Assembly (NCBI GenBank): GCA_947626535.1
Contig: CANQSO010000001.1
Location: forward strand, 1-63,321
Length of the DNA: 63,321 nucleotides
Direction of reading: 5' to 3'
Origin: an uncultured Bacilli bacterium
GTDB taxonomy: Bacteria > Bacillota_I > Bacilli_A > RF39 > UBA660
Shown: positions 34,543-43,636 of the stretch, piece by piece
How the letters are laid out: each line of letters opens with the position of its first letter
How positions within the stretch are numbered: position 1 is the stretch's first letter
Position numbers and translations under genes: made by a program
Notes under the pieces: generated by a model
Database searches by the model: none
The model's input: only the letters and a program-made list of their open reading frames with translations
What the model was told of the DNA's origin: nothing

Positions 34543-37033
34543 CAAAGAAGAAAAGAAACAGGAAAAAGAACATAAAATTATAGAACAGTTTGCTAAAAAA
34601 AGAGATAAAGTAAAGCAAAAATATTTAACTAAAAATAAATTGAAAAGAAAATTTAAAAATGCAGAAATTTTTGTAAATACCGATTTTGTAAATGATGATG
34701 GAATTATAAAACTTCGTGATAATAGTTTTGCAAAAGTACTTTCAGTAGATGCTATAGATTTATCTTTAACATCAAATACTCAAAAGAATAGCTTTTTTAA
34801 TCAACTTAAATATCTTTATCAATTAAAAGATTTAAATCTAAGAATATATAAACTAGATGATAAAATAGACCTTAATGCAAATAAAGACTATTATACAAAA
34901 CTTATAGAAGAATATTCTGATGATGAAGAAAAAGTTAGATTTTTAAAAGAAAGATATGATAGGTTGGAATTATTAGAAGAACAAAACTTAACAACAACAA
35001 GTAGATATTATTTTGTATTAGTTAGTGATAACGATAAAGAATTAGAACATATATCGGAAGAAGTATCAATACACTGTTATAATATGACACCAAAACTCAA
35101 TGTTAAAGAAATAACTAATAAGCTAGAAATATATCAATTTCTTATAAATCTCTATGTATCTACTGCAAATATAGAACAATTAATGTGGAGCGATTTAATA
35201 GAATTAATCTCTCCTTTTTTTATTCAAGAAAATATGGGTTATATTAAGATTGATGAAGAAGAAATTGAGGTTATTACAATAAAAAGAATTCCACCATTTA
35301 TTGATGAATTATTTTTTGAAGAGTTATTCAATGTACCTGATACTAGGTGTTGCATTCATATAAAGGATACAATTCCAACTGACGAGTTAGTAAGAAGATT
35401 AGATAGCAATTATGAGTTTTTAATTTCTGAAAGAAGTACAACAAGAAAATTGTCTGATGCTACACAAATGGATACTGAAAGAGAAAATTTTCAAGCATTG
35501 ATGACACAAATAAAAAATGGTGATGAAAGAATTAAAGAAGTTGATTTTATTATTATCATAAATGGTAACAGAAAACAAAGAGATGAAAAGATGAAAGAAT
35601 TAAAAAAGATAGCCGACGTTTTTCATATAAAGTTAGATGCTCCACGTATGAGGCAAATGGAGGGTTGGAAAGCATTTGATGTATCTAAAAATGGCTTTGA
35701 AGATTATCATAATTATCTTCCAAGTTTGACAATTGCAGCATCTTTTCCCTTAACAATCACACATTTTAATGATGAAACAGGTTATATGATAGGATCGGAC
35801 ATACATACTGCTTTGCCTACAATATTTGATTTATTTCATAAAGATTCAAGTAGACCATCAAGTAATTTAGCAATTATAGCCTCTACTGGTGGTGGTAAAA
35901 GTTTTACATTGAAGAAAATAATTATAAATGAGATTAATCGTGGTAATAAATGTTTCTTGTTTGATGCAGAAGGTGAGTATGAAAAGTTAGTTCGAAAAAA
36001 CAAAGGAGAATATATTGATATGTATTCTGCTAGTGGTGGAATAATAAATCCACTACAAGTTAGATTTCTACCAAGTGATAAAGAAGAAAAAGATAATAAT
36101 GATGTAAGTACAATAAACTACGAAAACTGTCCACTTGCTAAACATCTTGGCTCACTAGAAACATTTATAAAGTGTGCTTTTGAAGAAATAAAAGAAAGTG
36201 AAGTTGTAGTTTTACTTGATATGATAGAAAAATTATATAAGAGGTTTGGAATAACTAAAAATACTAAAATATCGAGTTTAGAAAAATTAGAGAATACTGA
36301 CTATCCAATATTTTCTGATTTAATTGAATTTTTGCCAGATTATCGAAATATGATTTCTAACCCAGAACAATTAAAAATAGTTGATAAGCTAGAAATATTA
36401 TTAGATAGATTTAAAGTAGGAACTGATGCAATGCTTTTTAATGGCTATACATCAGTAAATCTTGAGGCAAATTTAATAGCCTTTAATGTAAAAGATTTAT
36501 TGTATAGTAAAAACAAAAGAATTATCACTACTCAATTAGTTAATTTGTTAACTTACTTAAATAACATTATTGTAAGAAACAAAATTATAAATGATAAAGT
36601 AGAAGATAAAATGAGAATTAAAAATATTGCCGTTATCGTTGATGAATTTCATTTGTATTTAAAAAATACGGATAGTGAAGTATTACTAACTTTTGAGCAA
36701 ATTGCTCGTAGAATTAGAAAATATCACGGAGCTTTTATTCCTGCAACTCAAAGTATTCACGATTTTTTAGGTGATGATGATAGTGTTAGAAGTGCTACGG
36801 CAATATTTAATAATTGCCAATATCAATTAGTAGGTATGTTAAAAGAAGATGACTTAACAACTTACTTAAAATTATTTTATCAAAATCCACTGACCGACAC
36901 TCAAAAGGAATTTTTAATGCAGTCGGAAATGGGTGAGTTCTTACTGACAATTAATTCAAAGAATAGAATTAGAGTTAAAATACTTGCCACTCCTATTGAG
37001 CTTGAACTTATGGAAGAAGAGATTAAAGTATGA
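34526..37033 (+). CDS. VirB4/ConE/TcpF-like conjugative ATPase
   Basis: 835 aa. Walker A ASTGGGKSFTLKK and Walker B IAVIVDEFH. Confidence 0.9.
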   Translation: MKQQVSKEEKKQEKEHKIIEQFAKKRDKVKQKYLTKNKLKRKFKNAEIFVNTDFVNDDGIIKLRDNSFAKVLSVDAIDLSLTSNTQKNSFFNQLKYLYQLKDLNLRIYKLDDKIDLNANKDYYTKLIEEYSDDEEKVRFLKERYDRLELLEEQNLTTTSRYYFVLVSDNDKELEHISEEVSIHCYNMTPKLNVKEITNKLEIYQFLINLYVSTANIEQLMWSDLIELISPFFIQENMGYIKIDEEEIEVITIKRIPPFIDELFFEELFNVPDTRCCIHIKDTIPTDELVRRLDSNYEFLISERSTTRKLSDATQMDTERENFQALMTQIKNGDERIKEVDFIIIINGNRKQRDEKMKELKKIADVFHIKLDAPRMRQMEGWKAFDVSKNGFEDYHNYLPSLTIAASFPLTITHFNDETGYMIGSDIHTALPTIFDLFHKDSSRPSSNLAIIASTGGGKSFTLKKIIINEINRGNKCFLFDAEGEYEKLVRKNKGEYIDMYSASGGIINPLQVRFLPSDKEEKDNNDVSTINYENCPLAKHLGSLETFIKCAFEEIKESEVVVLLDMIEKLYKRFGITKNTKISSLEKLENTDYPIFSDLIEFLPDYRNMISNPEQLKIVDKLEILLDRFKVGTDAMLFNGYTSVNLEANLIAFNVKDLLYSKNKRIITTQLVNLLTYLNNIIVRNKIINDKVEDKMRIKNIAVIVDEFHLYLKNTDSEVLLTFEQIARRIRKYHGAFIPATQSIHDFLGDDDSVRSATAIFNNCQYQLVGMLKEDDLTTYLKLFYQNPLTDTQKEFLMQSEMGEFLLTINSKNRIRVKILATPIELELMEEEIKV

Positions 37034-37212
37034 ATATATTTAATAAAGATGAATTGCAAGAAATTTTTAAAGAAATATATAAAGAAGAGTTCGAAGATCC
37101 AAATGAATCTTTTATGGATTTTTTGTTAGATTTAATTCCAAAAAACAAATTAATTAAAACTATTGAAAGAGGTAAACGTTACTATTATTCTCTTTTTGGT
37201 AAGTATAAATAA
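37030..37212 (+). CDS. Small hypothetical protein
   Basis: 60-aa ORF, translationally coupled on both sides. Confidence 0.45.
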   Translation: MNIFNKDELQEIFKEIYKEEFEDPNESFMDFLLDLIPKNKLIKTIERGKRYYYSLFGKYK

Positions 37213-38102
37213 TGAAAAATAATAAAAAAAAGAAAAATATTTTTATTAAAATTATTGGTAGTAGCACCATTTTAACTGTTGCTGTTGTATTAGTTATTTT
37301 AATATGTGTGTTGATGATATTTGATTTTTTTGGAGCAAAGCTTACAAAAGAAAAGGTACAAAATAATGCAGAGTATGCAGATGCTTACAAAGTAGCAGTT
37401 AACAAATATTTAAAAGATGGCTATGTACCATTACAAAGACTTTTATATTTTCATTTGGAAGATACAACTCTATCTTTAAATTCTTTATATGAAATGAATC
37501 AAAACAAAGACCAAAAAACTGCAAGAGAAATTCAAGCAGTATGTGAAGACCAACGAGTAAAAAATATGGTAGCTTGTAGTGAAAATAACATAAATGAAAA
37601 TAAAGATTATTTAGTTGTTAGTACAGGACATTTTAATTTGCCATTAGAAAAAGATTTTACAATAACAAGTTTTTTTAATGAGCAAAGAATTATTTATGGT
37701 GAAAGTAATGTTCATAACGGTTGGGATTTAGCAGTACCTGCCGAAACTCCTGTTTATTCAGTTTGCAGTGGAACAGTTGATGCAATAACATTTACTCAAA
37801 ATGAAAATGTACCTTATGACCAAAGTAATAATAGTATTGGCAATTTGATAACAATTAAATGTGATGAAGATTATGATGAAACTTATTATGTTGTCTTTGC
37901 ACACCTATATCCCAATAGTGCAAAAGTAAAAGTTGGCGACAAAGTTAGTCATTGGACAGAAATAGCAAGTGTAGGTACAACTGGACAATCAACAGGAAAT
38001 CATTTGCATTATCAAGTAGAAAATTCAAATCGAGAAAAACTTGATGGTATGCAATTTATAGATTTTAATTTGAAAAGTCCTAATTATCATAATGGATTTT
38101 AA
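37212..38102 (+). CDS. Membrane-anchored M23-family peptidoglycan hydrolase (conjugation cell-wall hydrolase)
   Basis: N-terminal TM segment, then HNGWDLAVPAETPVYSVCSGTV and GNHLHYQV. Confidence 0.85.
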   Translation: MKNNKKKKNIFIKIIGSSTILTVAVVLVILICVLMIFDFFGAKLTKEKVQNNAEYADAYKVAVNKYLKDGYVPLQRLLYFHLEDTTLSLNSLYEMNQNKDQKTAREIQAVCEDQRVKNMVACSENNINENKDYLVVSTGHFNLPLEKDFTITSFFNEQRIIYGESNVHNGWDLAVPAETPVYSVCSGTVDAITFTQNENVPYDQSNNSIGNLITIKCDEDYDETYYVVFAHLYPNSAKVKVGDKVSHWTEIASVGTTGQSTGNHLHYQVENSNREKLDGMQFIDFNLKSPNYHNGF

Positions 38103-38140
38103 AAATTAAAAGAAGCACATAAAAAGTTGATATTTAAAAT

Positions 38141-38388
38141 AGTAGCCACTTTCCTACATAATCGTAGTCATAATAATCATTGAAAATAAAGTAATTATTT
38201 ATAAAGAGTAGCCACTTTCCAATAAGAAAGTAGTCATTTTTGCAAGTGCAAAAATAGTTATGCTACCCATTTTATCCTAGTTATTATAAGGGATTAAATA
38301 GATTTGGGTGGCATTTATCTTATGCCCATTAAAAATATGTAATAGTTTTATTAGAAAATATCACTGATTATGTAGGAAAGTGGCTACT
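38141..38388. promoter_or_regulatory. Candidate oriT / relaxosome assembly region
   Basis: A 23-bp perfect inverted repeat AGTAGCCACTTTCCTACATAATC (38141-38163, with its reverse complement at 38366-38388). An extra direct copy AGTAGCCACTTTCC lies at 38207-38220, and the palindrome TTTTTGCAAGTGCAAAAA at ~38236-38254. The region sits just upstream of the RHH and relaxase genes. Confidence 0.45.
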
Positions 38389-38415
38389 CTAAAGTTTTAT
38401 AAAAGGAGGCAATTT

Positions 38416-38610
38416 ATGAATAGGGGAATTGTTAAGTTTTCAATAAGAATGGACGATAACTTAAAAACTAGAATTGAATTATTAGCAAAGAAAAATAATA
38501 TGAATTTTACTAAAATGCTTAATTATATTGTTGAGCTTGGCTATCAAACTTACATATCTAGATTTGAAGAATATTACCAAAAACAAAATAAAAATGAGAA
38601 AGAAGGTTAA
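38416..38610 (+). CDS. Ribbon-helix-helix protein (relaxosome accessory or regulator)
   Basis: Start refined to MNRGIVKFSIRMDDNLKTRIELLAKKNNMNFTKMLNYIV (an RHH pattern). RBS AAAGGAGG. Confidence 0.55.
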   Translation: MNRGIVKFSIRMDDNLKTRIELLAKKNNMNFTKMLNYIVELGYQTYISRFEEYYQKQNKNEKEG

Positions 38611-38616
38611 AAAGTT

Positions 38617-39093
38617 ATGAAGAAAATTAGAGTTTATAATGATAGTGAAATTAAAATTTTACTAGAAAACTCCAATGTTGAAAGAATAAAAAATAAAAGC
38701 CAAATAATTTATAAAAATAGTTTTAAGCTATGGGCAATTAAAGAAAAATTACTTAATTCTTCTAAAACGGCAAGACAAATTTTTATAGAGGCTGGCTTTG
38801 ATATGAATATACTAGATGATAGAACTCCTCAAAGAAGATTATCTTTTTGGCTTAAAAAATATGAAAAGTTTGGAAAAGATTATTTTTTAGAAGAGAATAA
38901 ATATTCATATAAAGCATTGGAAAAAATTAATAAAGAAAATTTTTCTGAAACTGAAAAAAGATTTACCAATTCTATACAAAAAGTTATGGACAATTCAAAA
39001 TTTGTTGCATTTATAATTGATAAAGAAGATTTTAAAAATATTGGTAAAGTAAAACAAATGGGAAGTTTAGAAAATGAAAAAACTGACTGTTAG
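38617..39093 (+). CDS. Hypothetical protein
   Basis: 158-aa ORF between the two RHH genes. Confidence 0.5.
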   Translation: MKKIRVYNDSEIKILLENSNVERIKNKSQIIYKNSFKLWAIKEKLLNSSKTARQIFIEAGFDMNILDDRTPQRRLSFWLKKYEKFGKDYFLEENKYSYKALEKINKENFSETEKRFTNSIQKVMDNSKFVAFIIDKEDFKNIGKVKQMGSLENEKTDC

Positions 39094-39403
39094 AATAGAA
39101 GATTATATCTTTGATAGATTATTTCTTGTAGCAAAAGATAATTCTACTTCTGCAAATAAAATTGTAAATGTAATTTTGGAAAAGTACATTAATGAGCCTC
39201 GTGAAATAAATTATTTAAAAGAAATTGATAATAAATTACAAAAGTTAAATGATAATATAGAAAAAATATCTAAAAGACAATACTTGCATTTTAAATTATC
39301 AAAACAACACTTTGCTAACTTCGGTTATTTATCTAATGCCGATATAAACGAAGATAAATGTCTTAAGCAATTATTAAATACAAAGGACAATTTTAATGAA
39401 TAA
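39074..39403 (+). CDS. Ribbon-helix-helix protein
   Basis: MKKLTVRIEDYIFDRLFLVAKDNSTSANKIVNVILEKYI. Confidence 0.5.
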   Translation: MKKLTVRIEDYIFDRLFLVAKDNSTSANKIVNVILEKYINEPREINYLKEIDNKLQKLNDNIEKISKRQYLHFKLSKQHFANFGYLSNADINEDKCLKQLLNTKDNFNE

Positions 39404-40760
39404 AAAAAGCCCAAATGTTGTTTTTAAAAGTAAATATTGTTTGGCACTCACTTCACGTGATAATAGAAATCAATCTTTAAGTTATAAAGATGATAGAATA
39501 AAAGATGTTAGTGATATGATTGATTATTTTTCTAATGAAAAGAAAAAAACTGTTGGAATGTTTGAGTATTATATGGGACATACTAGAGGCGAAAATTATA
39601 ACCTTGTTTTAGAAAATGGCTCTTATGCTACTAAAAAAGACATAACAAGAATTAAAAATGAATATAAAAAATATATTGAAAAATCTAATTTATGGAAAGG
39701 CATTTTAAGTTTTAAAAGAGAATATCTTGATGAGAATATAGATATAAAAACATTAGAACAAAAAATGGCAAAAGAAATAATGCCCCAATTTTTAAAATAC
39801 TGTGGTTTTAAAGATATTAAAAATATGAGTTATGTTTTTTCTATTCATACAAATAGGAAACATCAACCTCATATACACTTTGCTTTTATAGAAAAGTGTC
39901 CTAATTATAAATGTGCTGATAAAAAATTAGGATATAGAAGAAAAGGAAAAATAACTCTTGATGAGCAAAGATATTTAAAACGATTAGTAGAACTTACTAT
40001 TGAAAGAGAAAAATATTATACTCCATTACTAAAAAAGACTAATGAAGATATTGATTATTTAAAATCATATTTTAATCCAAAAGAAAGAAATTTTACTTTG
40101 AGAAATATTGATGAAATATATGTAGAAGAAGATATTTTAAAACTTGGCGAGTTATTAAAAAAGTATCGAGAACAAAATCAAAATACCTCAAAAAGAATAA
40201 AATATAATTCAATTAAAAATAATGAATTGGGAAGTGAAATAAAAGCTTTAACTAAAAAGATTAAAAAATATTTATTTAATGATTCTAACTCAATTCTTTA
40301 TGCTCGTAGAAAAGATATAAGTAATGACTTAATAAAATTAAATGAATATTTTGATACTTTAAATGAAAATAACAATATTGCCGAAAAAGTAAAAAATAAT
40401 AGTATTGTAAGAAAAAAAGAAGAATATATTGATAATTATATTTACAATGCAATAGTCAATCACTCTTTATATAAGTATAATCATATTTCTATGGTCGTTA
40501 AAACAAAATATGATAAACAAAATATATCAATAGAAGATTTAATTCAAGAAATAGCATATCAAAATAGTAAAAGAAGTAATTATTCTGATAAAGAAAGAAG
40601 AAAATTTATATTAGATAATTATTTCAAAGGAAATAGTAATATTTCAAAATTTCCTAGTAAGCATAAAATGGAAAAAGCTTTAAAAAACATAAATTATGAA
40701 ATGGAAAAAGCATCGCAAGAATTTAGTAAATTATTTAATTATGATGAGAAAAAAATGTAA
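39396..40760 (+). CDS. Relaxase / mobilisation nuclease (putative)
   Basis: Histidine-triad-like motif HTNRKHQPHIHFAF. Lies downstream of the candidate oriT and the RHH genes. Confidence 0.6.
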   Translation: MNKKSPNVVFKSKYCLALTSRDNRNQSLSYKDDRIKDVSDMIDYFSNEKKKTVGMFEYYMGHTRGENYNLVLENGSYATKKDITRIKNEYKKYIEKSNLWKGILSFKREYLDENIDIKTLEQKMAKEIMPQFLKYCGFKDIKNMSYVFSIHTNRKHQPHIHFAFIEKCPNYKCADKKLGYRRKGKITLDEQRYLKRLVELTIEREKYYTPLLKKTNEDIDYLKSYFNPKERNFTLRNIDEIYVEEDILKLGELLKKYREQNQNTSKRIKYNSIKNNELGSEIKALTKKIKKYLFNDSNSILYARRKDISNDLIKLNEYFDTLNENNNIAEKVKNNSIVRKKEEYIDNYIYNAIVNHSLYKYNHISMVVKTKYDKQNISIEDLIQEIAYQNSKRSNYSDKERRKFILDNYFKGNSNISKFPSKHKMEKALKNINYEMEKASQEFSKLFNYDEKKM

Positions 40761-40870
40761 ATATGATTATTAACTTTAACATTTTCTTTTGAAATAGTTT
40801 CTAGTACAGACTATTTTTATTTTGCAATAAATGTTATAATATTTAATAATATTAATATCAGTTTGTAGAA

Positions 40871-41275
40871 ATGGATGATTTTATGAAAAAATTTTTAACA
40901 ATTGTATTCTTTGTAGTTTTAATATATTGTATATGTATTTGGCTTATTATGAATAAAAATTCTATTTTTAGAACAAAATCAGAATATGAATCTTTCACTA
41001 ATATACCTGGTGATGGAGTAATAGATGATAAAAATCATATTTATTGGGATTCTAGAAATAAAGTCTTTTTCAAAGATAATCATTTTAATATTTGCTATAT
41101 AGCTGAAAGAACAGACGTTGAAGAAACTTTTTATATAAAAGAAGTATACACTAGACGTTTTACAATAGATGAAAAGACTTGTAAAGTTATAAATTATGTA
41201 TTAGCAAGAGGCAATTATCTATATGCTCTTACTAATAAAAGTATTAATGTCTATAATTTAAAAACAAAAAAGTAA
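40871..41275 (+). CDS. Hypothetical membrane-anchored protein
   Basis: 134 aa with an N-terminal TM segment. Confidence 0.5.
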   Translation: MDDFMKKFLTIVFFVVLIYCICIWLIMNKNSIFRTKSEYESFTNIPGDGVIDDKNHIYWDSRNKVFFKDNHFNICYIAERTDVEETFYIKEVYTRRFTIDEKTCKVINYVLARGNYLYALTNKSINVYNLKTKK

Positions 41276-41286
41276 AAGTTCATAAA

Positions 41287-41460
41287 ATGAATAAAAAATA
41301 TGAAGTTTATGGAATAAAGGATAAAGAAATCTACTTTAAATACAAAAATAAATATTATAAAGTTGATAAAAATATTAATAAGAAAGTAAAAATAGATGAA
41401 ATTCCAAAAGACTTTGATTATATACCTCAAAAATTTGATTTTTCAAAAAATGAGCCATAA
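41287..41460 (+). CDS. Small hypothetical protein (57 aa)
   Basis: Hand-translated ORF MNKKYEVYGIKDKEIYFKYKNKYYKVD.... Not in the supplied track because it is shorter than 60 aa. Confidence 0.3.
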   Translation: MNKKYEVYGIKDKEIYFKYKNKYYKVDKNINKKVKIDEIPKDFDYIPQKFDFSKNEP

Positions 41461-41500
41461 TTAGCATTTTTTAATATTTAGAAATTTACAAGGAGGAAAA

Positions 41501-42115
41501 ATGAAAAAAGGTCTAAAAATTACTATAATTGTTCTAGGTATTTTGGTAGGAATTATTGCACTTGATACTTTACAAGCAAAAATCTTTGATAATAGTCCAA
41601 TATTGAAGATAAGAAATAATTTAGATGATGGATCTACCGATTATGTTGATAAAGGGATATTTGTAAATTATTATCATTGTAGTAATAATGAAAAAGTTAC
41701 TACCTGGAAAGGTACAAAATTTACTTGCTCTGTTAAAGAAAGTAAAAAAGATGAATTTGATTTTTATTTAACCAAATTAGAAAATCAAAACACCATTAAA
41801 TTTAAGAATTATTATACAACTTATGATAGAACTATATTTTTAGCAAGTAACATTGATGAATTTTATGTTAAAGATTTAGATGCCAATATTACTTTAAAAA
41901 CATATTTATCAACTACATTTCAAACTTTGACTGATGGAATAAAACATATTACTGATAAATTGGATAAAGTTAATATATATAGAGATGGTGGAACAACTGT
42001 ATATAAGTCAAAAGATAAAGATATAACTTTAATAACTTGCAATAAAATAAATGGAAGTAAAAATATTTATATTGGCGATTATCAAATAGAATATACTGAT
42101 GATATATGTGAGTAA
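41501..42115 (+). CDS. Membrane-anchored or exported hypothetical protein
   Basis: 204 aa with an N-terminal TM/signal anchor. RBS AAGGAGG. Confidence 0.6.
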   Translation: MKKGLKITIIVLGILVGIIALDTLQAKIFDNSPILKIRNNLDDGSTDYVDKGIFVNYYHCSNNEKVTTWKGTKFTCSVKESKKDEFDFYLTKLENQNTIKFKNYYTTYDRTIFLASNIDEFYVKDLDANITLKTYLSTTFQTLTDGIKHITDKLDKVNIYRDGGTTVYKSKDKDITLITCNKINGSKNIYIGDYQIEYTDDICE

Positions 42116-42253
42116 GATAGTAATTTGTAAGAATGTAAATACATTTTTACAATCTATATAAGAAATTTCAAAAGACTTTGATAGACGAAAAAAAATATAA
42201 ATATTATACTTGTTTCAATAAGTTTAGATGAGTTATTAAAATAAGATTTAAAG

Positions 42254-42472
42254 ATGAGAGAAAAAATCAATAGAGATGTAAATAATGCAAAAAATAATGA
42301 AAAACTAATATTAGTAACATCAATTATAATTTTTGTGGTTATGTTGATTTATACGATTAGTAACATTATTGGTGGTCCATTTTCTTATTTTTGCAAAGAA
42401 GCAATAACTTGGATATTAATTGGAATTGTTCTTTCATTCGCTATGGCATATTTAAATTCTAAAAATAAATAA
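42254..42472 (+). CDS. Small two-TM protein
   Basis: 72-aa ORF. Confidence 0.5.
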   Translation: MREKINRDVNNAKNNEKLILVTSIIIFVVMLIYTISNIIGGPFSYFCKEAITWILIGIVLSFAMAYLNSKNK

Positions 42473-42547
42473 CAAATTACATTTTATATGAATAAGATTA
42501 TCAAGAAATTGATGGTCTTTTTTATTTTAAAAAAGGAGGTAAGGAAA

Positions 42548-42670
42548 ATGTTATTAATTATATTATTCGCAATAGGACTATTCTTATTGCTTTTTATTTA
42601 TTCTGCTTGTGTTGTATCAAGCAGGTGTTCAAGAGAGGAGGAAGATTATGAACATATTAGAAATGTATAA
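42548..42670 (+). CDS. 40-aa hydrophobic peptide
   Basis: Start refined to MLLIILFAIGLFLLLFIY after AAGGAGGTAAGG. Confidence 0.4.
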   Translation: MLLIILFAIGLFLLLFIYSACVVSSRCSREEEDYEHIRNV

Positions 42671-42860
42671 AAGATTAACAAAAGAAGATAAATCTAATTT
42701 AACTATATATTGTCTTTACGATAGTATTTATGATGTAGCTAAAAATGAAGAAATTGAAATAAGTGATGAAATTGCTATGAATATTCAAGAATATGCCTAC
42801 AATTTATATTTAGATGATGAATATAACAACTTATCGGCATCTCAAATAGCTTTTTTCTAA
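42648..42860 (+). CDS. Hypothetical protein, possibly frameshifted at a T6 tract
   Basis: Start refined to MNILEMYK (RBS GAGAGGAGGAAG). An open frame continues in +1 from the T6 tract at 42851-42856 to 42985. Confidence 0.45.
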   Translation: MNILEMYKRLTKEDKSNLTIYCLYDSIYDVAKNEEIEISDEIAMNIQEYAYNLYLDDEYNNLSASQIAFF

Positions 42861-42994
42861 CAGAATGTTACGTAAAAGATAAAACATTTTTAGATAAGAT
42901 AAAAGATATTGATTACGATGATATACTTCAAGCAGTTGTTGATGATAATAATGATTTTTATAAAGAAGAGGAAATGAAAAGGTAGGTAATAAAT

Positions 42995-43270
42995 ATGGAT
43001 TTTACTAAATTAAATATTGAATTTGCTAATATGCAAAATATCATTAGTAAGTATAATAATTTGCAAAATGAAATAAAGAATAGAATTAAAATTGATTTAA
43101 AAGATATAAATAAGTATGAAACTAAAATAAAAAATACTAAAAATGCTTTAGAAAAAGAATGTTTAAAAATGATTATTATATCTTTAAAAAATGAAACAAC
43201 ATTTTTAGAAAGCTTAGTAAAGGAGGAAAATAATAATGAACGAGAAACAAGCACTACTAAAACAGTATAA
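42995..43270 (+). CDS. Small coiled-coil hypothetical protein
   Basis: 91-aa ORF. Confidence 0.5.
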   Translation: MDFTKLNIEFANMQNIISKYNNLQNEIKNRIKIDLKDINKYETKIKNTKNALEKECLKMIIISLKNETTFLESLVKEENNNERETSTTKTV

Positions 43271-43634
43271 CGAAGATGAAATAAGAAAATTGTTAAATGA
43301 CAAAGTAAAATTGGTTTATATTGATAATGGAAGTGAAGAAATAGTAGCAAGGTATGAGGATCTACCAGATATTATAGTAGATATAAACGAAAAACTTGGT
43401 CATACTGAAAATTTAAAAGTTTATGATTTTGATAATCCAACATTAGATAAGCCTTTGTTAAGTACAGTTGGTTATTTTTTAGATAAGTGTGATTCTAATG
43501 TACGTAAGGATATAATTGATAGACTAATGGGTTTACAATTAGGAGAAATTAAAACAAAAGATTATAAGGTAATTGATGAAGATATGTTAGATGAAGTTAG
43601 AATTGCTATGGAGCAAGATGAAAAGGAAAAATAG
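43236..43634 (+). CDS. Hypothetical protein
   Basis: 132-aa ORF with RBS AAGGAGGAA. Confidence 0.6.
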   Translation: MNEKQALLKQYNEDEIRKLLNDKVKLVYIDNGSEEIVARYEDLPDIIVDINEKLGHTENLKVYDFDNPTLDKPLLSTVGYFLDKCDSNVRKDIIDRLMGLQLGEIKTKDYKVIDEDMLDEVRIAMEQDEKEK

Positions 43635-43636
43635 CT

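Noticed and set aside
40871-41460. 40871-41275 and the 57-aa ORF 41287-41460 as one gene split by a frameshift
   Set aside because: The similar beta-strand-like composition is suggestive, but there is no homopolymer at the junction and no alignment evidence. Both are kept as separate low-confidence CDS.
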